DNA of 64,000 nt from an uncultured Thermoleophilaceae bacterium (GCA_963720475.1 OY970394.1:619550-683549), one strand, 5' to 3'. Numbered from the stretch's first letter, positions 1 to 9,122 are shown. Notes: a model not told the origin generated them from the letters alone. Translations and numbers: made by a program.

Positions 1-1321
1 TGACGATCAGTGTCGGGATGTCGTTGCTGAGCGGATCGCGAAGCGAGTCCGGTGCCTTCGGCACGTCCCAGACACCGCAGTCGTCACCCGAGAAAGGAAC
101 CTGGGGCGGCTTCGCCTGGAAGGAGGCAGGCAGGCCGGGGAACGCCCGGCGCCCCTCCTTCGATACCTCTCCCACGCCGCGGTTCCACTCCGCGCACGTG
201 ACGCTGTTGAGGAGGCCCCAGGAAAAGTTCCCGAACCCCTCGGGGTTCACCTTCGAAAGCCCGTACTGCTCGGCGATCTTTTGCGGACGGCCGTCCGCAG
301 CCTCGGCGATCGCAGCCGGCGCGTCCGCGACCAGATGGCTCGCCGGAATAAGCCAGCTGATGAGCGCTGTCGGATCGAGCACGACCTCGACCGGCTTGCC
401 CCCGCCCTCCGGCCGCACCTCGGTCTTGATCGGCTTCTTCGCCGCCTCGCTCAGGAGCCGGTTGAACCTCTCGCCAATGTCGCCGTAGCGCTCGCGGCAG
501 CGGGGCTCATCCTCACACGCGCGCGAGATGTTCCGGAACGCCTCGCCAGTCGCCCGCCAGAGCAACCCGTAGCTTGCGATATCGGCCGGGACAAGTCCGT
601 CAAGCACCACCGCCCGGATGTGCTGCGGGTACTTGCGTACGTAGGTCTGCGCCAGCTGGGTGCCGTAGGAATGGCCGAACGCGTTCCAATCGCGGATCCC
701 GAGCGCCTTGCGAAGATCGTCGAGGTCGGCCGCACTCTCGGTGGTGTTGTAGGCGGCGAGGTCGGCTTTCGCTGCCAGCTCGCGACGGCATGTCCGCGTC
801 GCCTGCGCGCGCAGGCGTTTGCGCCTCGTCACTGTCGAGGCCGAGCGCCACCGAGCTCGCGCGTTGAAGCGGTCGATCGCGAGGCATGTGAGCTCGGGCT
901 GCGAGTGCAGGTTCCCTCGCTGCGACATCAGGATCAGGTCGCGGTCGGCGTTCAGCTCGGCGGCCTCGACGAGCTCGCCCGCCTCTGAGACGGCGCTGCT
1001 TCCCGGCCCGCCATGGACGTAGACGATCGGGTCGGGCGCCGGCGTGGAGGACTTCGCCGGGATGATCGCCACGCCGTTGCGGATCGACCGGCTGTTGGAC
1101 TTGCCGCGGTTCTCAGGCACCACGAGGACACCGCAGCGTGCCTGCTCGAGAACCTTCTGGACCTCCGGTGTGATCTTCTTCGTCGGGCATTTGCCGGGCT
1201 CGAACTTCGCTGCCCGCGGCTTGGGCTCGTGGTCATCGTCGTCGCCGCCGCAGGCCGGCAGTGCGACGAGACAGGCCAGCAGCGTCCCTCCAGCGAGCGC
1301 CCTCCTCCAGCCACTCCGCAT
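1..1321 (-). CDS. secreted alpha/beta hydrolase, peptidase S33 / TAP-like lipoprotein (C-terminus lies beyond the window start)
   Basis: Minus-strand frame open to the window edge and absent from the ORF track. Hand translation from ATG (1319-1321): MRSGWRRALAGGTLLACLVALPACGGDD (lipobox LPAC), PDPIVYVHGGPG, GHSYG nucleophile elbow. Colinear paralogue of 1385..2893. Confidence 0.75.
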   Translation of the reverse strand, partial: MRSGWRRALAGGTLLACLVALPACGGDDDDHEPKPRAAKFEPGKCPTKKITPEVQKVLEQARCGVLVVPENRGKSNSRSIRNGVAIIPAKSSTPAPDPIVYVHGGPGSSAVSEAGELVEAAELNADRDLILMSQRGNLHSQPELTCLAIDRFNARARWRSASTVTRRKRLRAQATRTCRRELAAKADLAAYNTTESAADLDDLRKALGIRDWNAFGHSYGTQLAQTYVRKYPQHIRAVVLDGLVPADIASYGLLWRATGEAFRNISRACEDEPRCRERYGDIGERFNRLLSEAAKKPIKTEVRPEGGGKPVEVVLDPTALISWLIPASHLVADAPAAIAEAADGRPQKIAEQYGLSKVNPEGFGNFSWGLLNSVTCAEWNRGVGEVSKEGRRAFPGLPASFQAKPPQVPFSGDDCGVWDVPKAPDSLRDPLSNDIPTLIV

Positions 1322-1369
1322 CGTGGCGCGACGCTAACAGAAACCGGCGCCGAGAAAGGGTTTTTTGAC

Positions 1370-1375
1370 TAGGGT
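1370..1375 (+). promoter_or_regulatory. candidate -10 hexamer TAGGGT (TANNNT) 9 nt upstream of the GTG start at 1385, with no SD; suggests a leaderless or near-leaderless transcript
   Basis: TTGACTAGGGTAGGAACGCT-GTG read directly. The same TAGGGT hexamer recurs at 26532. Confidence 0.3.
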
Positions 1376-1384
1376 AGGAACGCT

Positions 1385-2893
1385 GTGGAACGAGGGAGCG
1401 CGGCAATTGGGGTAGGGATTCTCGCCGCTGTCTTGGCAACATTCGTCGCGGCAACCTCCGCGAGCGCAGCGACGTTCGAGCCAGGCCCCTGTCCTTCGAC
1501 GACGGAGCGGATCGAGCAGGCCCTGCGGGAGAACAACGCGCGCTGCGGATCCCTTGTCGTGCCCGAGAACCGCAGGAGAGGCACTGCCAAGACGATCCGG
1601 CTCGCGGTCGCGATCGTTCCTGCGAAATCGGCTACCCCTGCGCCGGACCCGATCGTGTTCCTCTCCGGTGGTCCCGGCATCACCACCTGGACGCAGATCG
1701 CGGGCACGGCGAGAGTGGGCTTCAACCGCGAACGCGACGTCATCTTCATGGCGCAGCGCGGGACGCGGTTCAACTCACCCCAGCTGACTTGCCCTGAAAT
1801 CGAGCGCTACAAGGTTCGCTCCGTCGCTCTCCGCTCCTATGCGAAATCGACACGCGACTTGTTCATCGCAGCGACGAGCAAGTGTCGTCAGCGCCTGGCT
1901 GGCCGCGGGATCGATCTCAGCGGCTACAACACGACCGAGAGCGCAGCCGACTTCGCCGAGCTGCGCGTAGCCCTCGGGCTCGCGCGGTGGAACGTGTTCG
2001 GAGGCTCGTACGGCACCGATCTCGCCCTCGCCTACGTCCGCAACCACCCGCTGGGAATCCGCAGCGTCGCGATCGACTCGATCGTTCCGCCGAACGTAGC
2101 CGGCCTCGCCTGGACCTGGACCAACACTCAGGAGGGCATCGAGAACCTGTTCCGGGCCTGCCGTGCGCAGCGCGCCTGCAACAGGCGCTATCCCCGACTC
2201 GGCGTGACGTTCAACGCCCTCGTGCGGAAGCTCGAAGCCGACCCTGTGACGACACCTGTCAAGACGGAGGACGGGGACCGGGTGAGCGTGCTGCTGGACG
2301 GTGCCGCATTGCTCACCTGGATCACGGACGCGACAACATCGGAGCCGGCGCGAGTCCCCGCCCTGATCGACGCGGTCGCGCGCGGTCGCCCGGAGGAGGT
2401 CGCCGAGGCGCACGAGGCGGCCGCCCACGACGACGTGGCGTACGGAATGTCCAACAGCGTGCTCTGCAGCGAATGGGTGCCCTTCGAGCGCAAAGCGAAG
2501 GTGCTCGCGCAGGGACGGCGCAGCTTCCCGGGCTTTCCCGACTCCGTGCTCGCGGAGGCGCCGGGCCTGTCGTTTCTGACAGAGGGTTGCGGCGTCTGGA
2601 ACGTGCGCAAGGCGCCCGAGTCGGCCCGCAGCTTCCCGCGCAGCAAACTCCCGGCGCTGGTACTCGGGGGCACGTTCGATGCGCTCACCGGGGCGCGCTG
2701 GGCCAGGTATGCCGCCGGGCGACTGCGAAACGCAACTTTGGCCGTGGTCCCGGGGGTCGGCCACGGCGGGCTCTTCAAGGGAGGGACCTGTCCGCAGGCC
2801 ATCTTCGCCGCGTTCCTGTCAAACCCAAACGCGCGGCCCGACGCCTCCTGCCTCGACAAGATCAAGGTGCCCCCGTTCGAGGTTGCAAGGTGA
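1385..2893 (+). CDS. secreted alpha/beta hydrolase, peptidase S33 / tripeptidyl-aminopeptidase-like
   Basis: 502-aa ORF with GTG start. Signal peptide [35 protein letters not shown] (GxSxG), and a long C-terminal TAP-like region. Confidence 0.85.
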   Translation: MERGSAAIGVGILAAVLATFVAATSASAATFEPGPCPSTTERIEQALRENNARCGSLVVPENRRRGTAKTIRLAVAIVPAKSATPAPDPIVFLSGGPGITTWTQIAGTARVGFNRERDVIFMAQRGTRFNSPQLTCPEIERYKVRSVALRSYAKSTRDLFIAATSKCRQRLAGRGIDLSGYNTTESAADFAELRVALGLARWNVFGGSYGTDLALAYVRNHPLGIRSVAIDSIVPPNVAGLAWTWTNTQEGIENLFRACRAQRACNRRYPRLGVTFNALVRKLEADPVTTPVKTEDGDRVSVLLDGAALLTWITDATTSEPARVPALIDAVARGRPEEVAEAHEAAAHDDVAYGMSNSVLCSEWVPFERKAKVLAQGRRSFPGFPDSVLAEAPGLSFLTEGCGVWNVRKAPESARSFPRSKLPALVLGGTFDALTGARWARYAAGRLRNATLAVVPGVGHGGLFKGGTCPQAIFAAFLSNPNARPDASCLDKIKVPPFEVAR

Positions 2894-2925
2894 GCGCCGG
2901 CGGTAATAGGGTTGGACCCGGTTTG

Positions 2926-4440
2926 ATGCGACGGGCTGGCTTGCTCCTCTCGTTGATGGCGGTCGCGTCAGTGCTCGCCTTGTCCTTCCCCGCGACCGGC
3001 TCCGCGATGAAGAACCTCTCGAGCGACCGCGGCGAAGCGGACCCCTGTGCGGCCGTGGACCAGAACGACCTCGACCGCGGCGGCACCTTCATCAAGCGCA
3101 ACACGACCAAGGGTCCAAGCGATCCGAAGAAGCCGGTGAACGTCATGGTGGTGTGCTCGCCGCTAGATACCCACCCCTTTGGCACGCTGCTGGTAGACGA
3201 CTGGCTCCGCCAACGGAACAACTGGTCGCGGGACCAGGGATTGGGGTCGGCTTTCACCGGAGACAAGCCGGTGTTGCCCAACCCCGGCGACAACTACAAG
3301 TGGCGGAACACGACCGGTTTCCCCTACATCCACGGCGATGTCGCCGCGGCGCTGCGGCTGTCCCAGATGCAGGCGAGCGAAGCCGTCAAGAACGCCTTGA
3401 TCGCCGCGGGCGTAGCAATCACATCGTCGCTCGCCATCTCGGCCATCATCTGCGCCACGGGCGGGATCCCGACGCTCGGAATCCTGTGCGCGACCATCCC
3501 TGTGGCGCTCGGCGCGGCGGCGGTGGAAGCGGTAACCGCCGCACTCGGCGCTGTAATCAAGGAGTTCGTCGCCGCGCAGATCAACCGCATAAAGGCGATG
3601 AACGACGCCGACTGGTTCGTGTGGAGCAACACGATCGTGTTCTGGAACACGTTCGGCTCGATGACCGATACGGCGATCAACCCCTCGCTCACCGACGCCA
3701 ACGCCAACCCGTTCCACACTGACCGTGTGCGCGTCGGGGTCCAGTTCTCGAATGTCCCGGTCGGCCAGGGGCCCGAGTTCTTCTCTGCGAAGGAGAACGG
3801 TGGCGACTCCAGCGCGCAGGGCGCGCAGAGCGACACGCGGCGAAACGACGACTTCGCGAAGCAGATCCTTGGCCTCAACTTCAACACCGACGATCAAGGC
3901 TTCAACAGAACCGGGCGCCATCGCGTCCGGACCGGCAACTCGAAGTCGAACGTGCTCAGGGGCGGCTCCGGGGACGACACGCTCAATGGCCATGGCGGGC
4001 GTGACAGGCTTCTCGGCGCTGCCGGCACCGACATGTTGGACGGAGGCCAGGGCGAGGACAGCCTTGGCGGGAGCCGCGGGAAGGACACGCTCTACGCCGG
4101 CGCCGGCAACGACACCGCGAGCGGCGGCCAAGGTCAGGACATCCTTGATGGCGGGCTCGGCAACGACACGCTCGACGGCGGCCCTGGCTCGGACTGGCTG
4201 ATCGACTACAAGGGCGCGACGAGCGTCCATACCGGCGCCACTGCCGGTGGTAAGGACAAAGGCTCCGGTCGCGACTTCGTCAACGTGCGCGATGGCGAGG
4301 CGAACGACGTGGTGACGTGCGGCCCGCGCCGGGCGGAGGTGGTCGTCGATTCCGGGGACCGGGTCCGGGGAAGCTGCACAAAGGTGACCCGCAGCGGCAA
4401 GCTGCTGACGGTCCCGAAGAACCCGCCGAAGAAGCGCTAG
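2926..4440 (+). CDS. secreted or membrane-anchored protein with a central hydrophobic helical hairpin and C-terminal RTX (GGxGxD) calcium-binding repeats
   Basis: In-frame ATG at 2926 inside track ORF 1882..4440; the upstream part overlaps the hydrolase gene and is Arg/Pro junk. Signal peptide [27 protein letters not shown]. Roughly 60-aa Ala/Gly/Ile-rich segment [44 protein letters not shown]. Repeats [37 protein letters not shown]...[15 protein letters not shown]. Confidence 0.8.
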   Translation: MRRAGLLLSLMAVASVLALSFPATGSAMKNLSSDRGEADPCAAVDQNDLDRGGTFIKRNTTKGPSDPKKPVNVMVVCSPLDTHPFGTLLVDDWLRQRNNWSRDQGLGSAFTGDKPVLPNPGDNYKWRNTTGFPYIHGDVAAALRLSQMQASEAVKNALIAAGVAITSSLAISAIICATGGIPTLGILCATIPVALGAAAVEAVTAALGAVIKEFVAAQINRIKAMNDADWFVWSNTIVFWNTFGSMTDTAINPSLTDANANPFHTDRVRVGVQFSNVPVGQGPEFFSAKENGGDSSAQGAQSDTRRNDDFAKQILGLNFNTDDQGFNRTGRHRVRTGNSKSNVLRGGSGDDTLNGHGGRDRLLGAAGTDMLDGGQGEDSLGGSRGKDTLYAGAGNDTASGGQGQDILDGGLGNDTLDGGPGSDWLIDYKGATSVHTGATAGGKDKGSGRDFVNVRDGEANDVVTCGPRRAEVVVDSGDRVRGSCTKVTRSGKLLTVPKNPPKKR

Positions 4441-4461
4441 CGGACGACCCTGTCTCGGTCG

Positions 4462-4857
4462 TCACAACGCGACGATCGCGTCGATCTCGACCAGCGCCCC
4501 GCGCGGGAGGCCCGCGACCTCAACGGCGACCCGCGCGGGCGGGTCGCCGCCCGTGAAGAAGCCGGCGTAGGCCTTGTTGACCGTCTCCCAGTCGCCGGCG
4601 AGGTCGGTCAGGTACAGCGTCACTCTCGCGGCATCGCGCAGCGCTCCCCCGGCCGCTTCGCACACGGCTTCCAGGTTCGCCAGGCAGCGACGCGCCTGCG
4701 CCGCGGCGTCGCCCTCGCCCACCAGCGCGCCGCCCGCCGGGTCGAGCGGTATCTGCCCGGCGCAGAAGAGAAGGCCGCCCGCGACGACTCCCTGCGAGTA
4801 CGGGCCGATCGCCGCCGGGGCGGCGTCCGTCGAGATCGTCCGCCTGCTCGGGGCCAT
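4462..4857 (-). CDS. ridA: RidA/YjgF/L-PSP family reactive-intermediate deaminase
   Basis: 131-aa C-terminal part of track ORF 4462..5556 starting MAPSRRTISTDAAPAAIGPYSQGV...; typical AIGPYSQ and PARVAVEVAGLP...EIDAI motifs. ATG at 4855-4857. Confidence 0.85.
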   Translation of the reverse strand: MAPSRRTISTDAAPAAIGPYSQGVVAGGLLFCAGQIPLDPAGGALVGEGDAAAQARRCLANLEAVCEAAGGALRDAARVTLYLTDLAGDWETVNKAYAGFFTGGDPPARVAVEVAGLPRGALVEIDAIVAL

Positions 4858-4866
4858 TTCATCTGT

Positions 4867-4873
4867 GATTATC
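4867..4873. promoter_or_regulatory. quasi-palindromic -10 element GATTATC (reads GATTAT on + and GATAAT on -) shared by divergent ridA and the crp-family gene
   Basis: 7 nt upstream of ATG 4880 (+) and 10 nt upstream of ATG 4857 (-). The whole intergenic spacer is 22 nt and has no SD on either side. Confidence 0.4.
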
Positions 4874-4879
4874 CGCCGT

Positions 4880-5569
4880 ATGGCGACCGATGAGGAGACG
4901 GCCGCACTGCTCGCCAGGGCCCCGCTGTTCGCGGGCCTGACGAAGGAGGAGCTCGAGCGCATCGCCGAGGTCTCTGTCCCGCGCTCGTACGAGACCGGCC
5001 AGGTGATCTTCCGCGAGGGCGACAGCGGCGACACCTGCTTCGTCGTCCGCAGCGGCGGCGTGCGGGTGACGAAGACGCACTCCGACGGCCGCGTGATCAC
5101 CCTCGCCCAGGTCACATCGCCGCAGATGTTCGGCGAACTCGCGATGTTCGAGGGCGAGACACGCTCAGCGAGCGTCGAGGCGATCGAGGAGACCACTGCG
5201 ATCGCGATCCTCGCCGGCGACATGCGCCGGATCCTCAGCGAGCACCCCGGCATCGCGGCGAAGATGTGCGTCGAGCTCGCCGACCGCCTGCGCGCCGCGA
5301 ACGAGCGGATAACGCGCCAGTCGTTCCAGACCGTCGCGGGACGTGTGGCGACCGTCCTGCTCGGACTCGTCGGGCCCGAGCACGCCGCTGCGTTCGAGGT
5401 CGAGGTGCTGATCCCGATGACCCAGACCGAGATCGCCCAGCTGGCGGGGGCTTCGCGCGAGAGCGCCAGCCGCTTCCTCGCGAAGCTGGAGCGTGCCGGC
5501 ATCGTTTCGACCGGCCGCGGGAAGGTGATCGTGCGTGAGCCCGCGGCGCTCCGCAACTACATCTACTGA
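4880..5569 (+). CDS. Crp/Fnr family transcriptional regulator
   Basis: 229 aa from the internal ATG of track ORF 4574..5569. cNMP-binding domain (FREGDSGD, FGELAMFEGETRSASVEA) plus C-terminal HTH (TQTEIAQLAGASRESASRFLAKLE). Confidence 0.85.
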   Translation: MATDEETAALLARAPLFAGLTKEELERIAEVSVPRSYETGQVIFREGDSGDTCFVVRSGGVRVTKTHSDGRVITLAQVTSPQMFGELAMFEGETRSASVEAIEETTAIAILAGDMRRILSEHPGIAAKMCVELADRLRAANERITRQSFQTVAGRVATVLLGLVGPEHAAAFEVEVLIPMTQTEIAQLAGASRESASRFLAKLERAGIVSTGRGKVIVREPAALRNYIY

Positions 5570-6206
5570 GCGCGACCGCTTCTCCCGCGCGCGCGAGCGG
5601 ATGGTCGAGCGCCAGCTCCAGCGGCGCGGGATCCACGACGACAGGGTGCTCAAGGCGATGGCCGAGCTCCCGCGCGAGCTGTTCCTGCCCGACAGGGCTC
5701 GCGCGCGGGCCTATCGCGACAGCGCCGTGCGGATCGCCAACGGTCAGACGATGTCGCAGCCGTGGATCGTCGCCTATATGACTCAGATGCTCGAGCTCCG
5801 CGGCGACGAGCTGGTGCTCGAGGTCGGCACCGGCTCCGGCTACGGAGCGGCCGTGCTCTCCCGCTGCGCGCATGAGGTGATCACGGTCGAACGCCACCCG
5901 GAGCTCGCGGACCAGGCCGGCGTCGCGCTCGCCGCTGCCGGCTGTGACAACGTCGAGGTTCGCATCGGCGACGGTAGCGCCGGCGCCGCGGACCGGGCGC
6001 CCTTCGGGGGGATCTCGGTAACCGCGACGGCCGACGAAGATCCACCGCCGGCCCTGACGGCGCAGCTGGCGCCCGGGGCAGCGCTCGTCTGTCCGCTGCG
6101 GCGGAGACGCGACGAGCGGCTCGTGCGGATCCGCGACGGAGTCGAGGAGGCTCTCGTCGGGGTTCGCTTCGTCGATCTCGTCGGCGGGAAGGACGACGCG
6201 GCGTGA
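5535..6206 (+). CDS. pcm: protein-L-isoaspartate O-methyltransferase
   Basis: GQTMSQPWIVAYM and the SAM motif VLEVGTGSGY. GTG start at 5535 overlaps the crp-family gene by 35 nt; the alternative ATG at 5601 would remove conserved N-terminal residues. Confidence 0.8.
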   Translation: MSPRRSATTSTERDRFSRARERMVERQLQRRGIHDDRVLKAMAELPRELFLPDRARARAYRDSAVRIANGQTMSQPWIVAYMTQMLELRGDELVLEVGTGSGYGAAVLSRCAHEVITVERHPELADQAGVALAAAGCDNVEVRIGDGSAGAADRAPFGGISVTATADEDPPPALTAQLAPGAALVCPLRRRRDERLVRIRDGVEEALVGVRFVDLVGGKDDAA

Positions 6207-6631
6207 AACGCGAGTACTCCGCCGGCGGTCTGGTCATACGCCGCTTCCACGGCCGGCCGTTCTTCGCGGCGATCCGGCCACGGAAGAACGAAGGCGTGCT
6301 GGCCCTGCCGAAGGGCCACCCGGACGAGGGCGAGAGCGCGGAGGACGCGGCGGCGCGAGAGGTCCGCGAGGAGACCGGCCTCGATGCCGAGCTCGTCGAG
6401 AAGCTCGGCGACGTGCGCTACTTCTACATGACCCGAAAACGCAACCGGGTCTTCAAGATCGTCAGCTTCTATCTCTTCCGCTACCGCTCGGGCAGCGTGC
6501 GCGATCACGACCACGAGGTCGAGTCCGCAGAGTGGGTCCCGCTCGCCGACGCCGAGCGCCTGCTGAGCTACGACGGCGAGCGCGAGATCGCGGCAAAGGC
6601 GCGCGCCCGCCTGGACGAAGCCGCCCGATAG
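6203..6631 (+). CDS. NUDIX hydrolase
   Basis: Nudix box GHPDEGESAEDAAAREVREETGL. GTGA start/stop overlap with pcm. Confidence 0.85.
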   Translation: MKREYSAGGLVIRRFHGRPFFAAIRPRKNEGVLALPKGHPDEGESAEDAAAREVREETGLDAELVEKLGDVRYFYMTRKRNRVFKIVSFYLFRYRSGSVRDHDHEVESAEWVPLADAERLLSYDGEREIAAKARARLDEAAR

Positions 6632-6642
6632 GCTGCCGCGGG

Positions 6643-7042
6643 ATGTTCGTGCTCAACTTCTATTCGCCGGTCTTCGTCGACCAGCTGCGTCGCGGGCGAA
6701 AGACCGCGACGATCCGCCTCGGCGACAAGAGCGCCAAATACCGCAAGGGCGAGGTCGTGATGGTCACCGTCGGTTTCCAGCACTCGCCCCGGGAAAAGAT
6801 CTTCGAGGCCGTGATCGACGCCGTCGAGGTCAAGAAGCGTCAAGGAGCTCTCGCCGCGCGACATCGAGCACGACAACCCGGAGTTCCGCCGCACCGACGA
6901 GACCACCCACTTCCTCGAGCAGATCTACGGTCGCGAGGTGAGCGAGGACGACGTCGTCACGGTCGTGCACTTCTCCGAGATCTCGGAGCGCCCGGCCGAC
7001 ATCACCGAGCGCCTGCGGCCCGAGGCCCCCTCGCAGAACTAG
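6643..7042 (+). pseudogene. ASCH/PUA-like domain gene interrupted by an apparent 1-nt frameshift near 6835-6841
   Basis: Frame 1 gives MFVLNFYSPVFVDQLRRGRKTATIRLGDKSAKYRKGEVVMVTVGFQHSPREKIFEAVIDAVEVKK, then Arg/Pro-rich junk. Frame 2 continues as the protein-like KELSPRDIEHDNPEFRRTDETTHFLEQIYGREVSEDDVVTVVHFSEISERP... to TAG at 7040-7042. Confidence 0.6.
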
Positions 7043-7071
7043 CGTTACGAAGCGGTAAACGCGGTGACGTT

Positions 7072-7098
7072 TTGGCACTCTCCTTGCTAGAGTGCCAA
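7072..7098 (+). promoter_or_regulatory. CIRCE operator (HrcA binding site) upstream of groES
   Basis: TTGGCACTC-N9-GAGTGCCAA is a perfect 9-bp inverted repeat with a 9-nt spacer, matching the CIRCE consensus TTAGCACTC-N9-GAGTGCTAA. It lies 39 nt before the groES ATG. Confidence 0.85.
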
Positions 7099-7136
7099 GC
7101 CCTAAACCGGTACCAGCAAGACGGAGGTTCCTACGA

Positions 7137-7427
7137 ATGAAGCTCAAGCCTCTCGGCGATCGGCTGATCGTCGAGGCACTCGAGGAGGAGGAGACGACCG
7201 CCAGCGGCATCGTCCTTCCGGATACGGCCAAGGAGAAGCCGCAGCGCGGCAAGGTCGTCGCCGTCGGCGACGGCAAGATCTCCGAGGACACCGGAAAGCG
7301 CGTTCCGCTCGATGTTTCGGAGGGCGACGAGGTCCTCTACTCCAAGTACGGCGGCACCGAGATCACGATCGACGGCGATGACCTGCTCGTCCTGCGCGAG
7401 TCGGATGTCCTCGCCAAGGTCGCCTAA
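7137..7427 (+). CDS. groES: co-chaperonin GroES
   Basis: [44 protein letters not shown]; GGAGGT SD 8 nt upstream. Confidence 0.97.
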   Translation: MKLKPLGDRLIVEALEEEETTASGIVLPDTAKEKPQRGKVVAVGDGKISEDTGKRVPLDVSEGDEVLYSKYGGTEITIDGDDLLVLRESDVLAKVA

Positions 7428-7463
7428 GCACCCAGAAAGACTGAAAGAGAGGATCTAGAAACC

Positions 7464-9095
7464 ATGGCTCACAAAGAGCTGAAGTACGACCAGGAGGCGC
7501 GGACGGCCCTCGAGGAGGGCGTCGACGCCGTGGCCAACGCGGTCAAGGTGACGCTCGGCCCAAAGGGCCGTTACGTCGTCCTGGACAAGAAGTTCGGCGC
7601 GCCCACGATCACGAACGACGGCGTAACGATCGCCCGTGAGATCGAGGTCGAGGACGTATTCCAGAACCAGGGCGCCCAACTCGTGCGCGAGGTCGCCACG
7701 GCGACCAACGACGTCGCGGGCGACGGCACCACCACCGCGACCGTGCTCGCCCAGGCGATCGTTCGCCAGGGGCTGAAGAACGTCGCCGCCGGCGCCAACC
7801 CGCTCGCGCTCAAGCGCGGGATCGAGAAGGCGGTCGATTCGGTCGTCGAGTCGATCGGCAAGCAGTCCACGGAGATCTCCGGCAAGGAGCAGATCGCCCG
7901 CGTGGCGGCCATCTCCGCAGCCGACAACGACATCGGCGATGTGATCGCAGACGCGATCGACAAGGTCGGCAAGGACGGCGTCGTCAACGTCGAGGAGGGC
8001 CAGACGTTCGGCATGGACCTCGAGTTCACCGAGGGCATGCAGTTCGACAAGGGCTACATCTCGCCTTACATGGTCACGGACCAGGACCGCATGGAGGCGG
8101 TGCTCGAGGAGCCGTTCGTGCTGATCGCGAACCAGAAGATCGGCTCGGTCCGCGACGTGCTGCCCGTGCTCGAGCAGGTGATCCAGTCGGGCAAGCCGAT
8201 CCTGATCATCGCCGAGGACGTTGAGGGTGAGTCGCTTGCGACGCTCGTCGTCAACAAGCTCCGCGGCACGTTCACCGGCGTCGCGGTCAAGGCGCCCGGC
8301 TTCGGTGACCGCCGCAAGCGGATGCTCGAGGACATCGCGATCCTCACCGGCGCCGAAGTGATCACCGAGGAGATGGGGCTGAAGCTGGAGAACACCCAGC
8401 TGTCGCAGCTCGGCAAGGCGCGTCGCGTCGTCGTGACGAAGGACACCACGACGATCATCGACGGCAACGGCGAAGCCGAGGCGATCAAGGGCCGCATCAA
8501 CCAGATCAAGGCCGAAGTCGAGTCGACCGACTCCGACTTCGACCGCGAGAAGCTCCAGGAGCGGCTGGCGAAGCTGGCCGGGGGCGTCGCGGTCGTCCAG
8601 GTCGGCGCGGCGACGGAGACAGAGATGAAGGAGAAGAAGCACCGCGTCGAGGACGCGCTCCAGGCCACCCGCGCGGCCCTCGAGGAGGGCATCGTGCCGG
8701 GTGGCGGGATTGCGCTGCTGGCGGCCGCTGACGCGGTCAAGCCGGAGTCGCTCGACGACGCCGACGAGCAGACGGGCGCGAAGATCGTGCTCCGCGCGCT
8801 CGAGGAGCCCGTTCGTCAGCTGGCGGAGAACGCCGGCCTCGAGGGCTCGGTCGTCGTCAACGACGTCCGCGGCGCCAAGAAGGGCCACGGCCTCAACGCC
8901 GACAGCGGCGAGATCGTCGATCTCGTTGCGGCCGGCGTGATCGATCCGGCGATGGTGACGCGCTCGGCGCTGCAGAACGCGGCCTCGATCGCGAAGAACA
9001 TCCTCACGACGGAGTGCATCGTCGCCGAGATGCCGGAGAAGGAGCCCGCGATGGCCGGTGGCGGCATGCCCCCGGGAATGGACGGGATGATGTAG
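7464..9095 (+). CDS. groEL: chaperonin GroEL (Cpn60)
   Basis: 543 aa with [12 protein letters not shown] and a C-terminal GGM-type tail ([12 protein letters not shown]). Confidence 0.98.
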   Translation: MAHKELKYDQEARTALEEGVDAVANAVKVTLGPKGRYVVLDKKFGAPTITNDGVTIAREIEVEDVFQNQGAQLVREVATATNDVAGDGTTTATVLAQAIVRQGLKNVAAGANPLALKRGIEKAVDSVVESIGKQSTEISGKEQIARVAAISAADNDIGDVIADAIDKVGKDGVVNVEEGQTFGMDLEFTEGMQFDKGYISPYMVTDQDRMEAVLEEPFVLIANQKIGSVRDVLPVLEQVIQSGKPILIIAEDVEGESLATLVVNKLRGTFTGVAVKAPGFGDRRKRMLEDIAILTGAEVITEEMGLKLENTQLSQLGKARRVVVTKDTTTIIDGNGEAEAIKGRINQIKAEVESTDSDFDREKLQERLAKLAGGVAVVQVGAATETEMKEKKHRVEDALQATRAALEEGIVPGGGIALLAAADAVKPESLDDADEQTGAKIVLRALEEPVRQLAENAGLEGSVVVNDVRGAKKGHGLNADSGEIVDLVAAGVIDPAMVTRSALQNAASIAKNILTTECIVAEMPEKEPAMAGGGMPPGMDGMM

Positions 9096-9122
9096 CGAGG
9101 CGCTCGCGCTTCGAGTACTCGA

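Noticed and set aside
2926-4440. Interpreting the two RTX-repeat proteins as classical type I secretion substrates or haemolysins.
   Set aside because: Both have N-terminal Sec-type signal peptides, and no T1SS ABC/MFP/TolC genes or acyltransferase (hlyC-like) gene are in the window. Only the repeat chemistry, not the toxin system, is supported.
4443-4463. Hairpin GACGACC-CTGTCTC-GGTCGTC between the RTX/hairpin gene and ridA, as a bidirectional terminator.
   Set aside because: The stem is only 7 bp, there is no U-tract on either strand, and it overlaps the ridA stop codon. The evidence is too weak to list as a feature.
7455-8888. 477-aa ORF antisense to groEL, plus similar long antisense or out-of-frame ORFs. 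Examples: 30730..32400 and 29357..31009 in ileS, 24876..26534 and 24946..26745 in polX, 48399..51350, 9270..10655, 9358..10614, 15241..16479, 38484..39206 and 43.6-44.2 kb.
   Set aside because: They overlap genes with unmistakable conserved motifs on the other strand or frame. Their translations are Arg/Pro/Gly/Asp-rich low-complexity strings typical of stop-codon-poor alternative frames in roughly 70% GC DNA.
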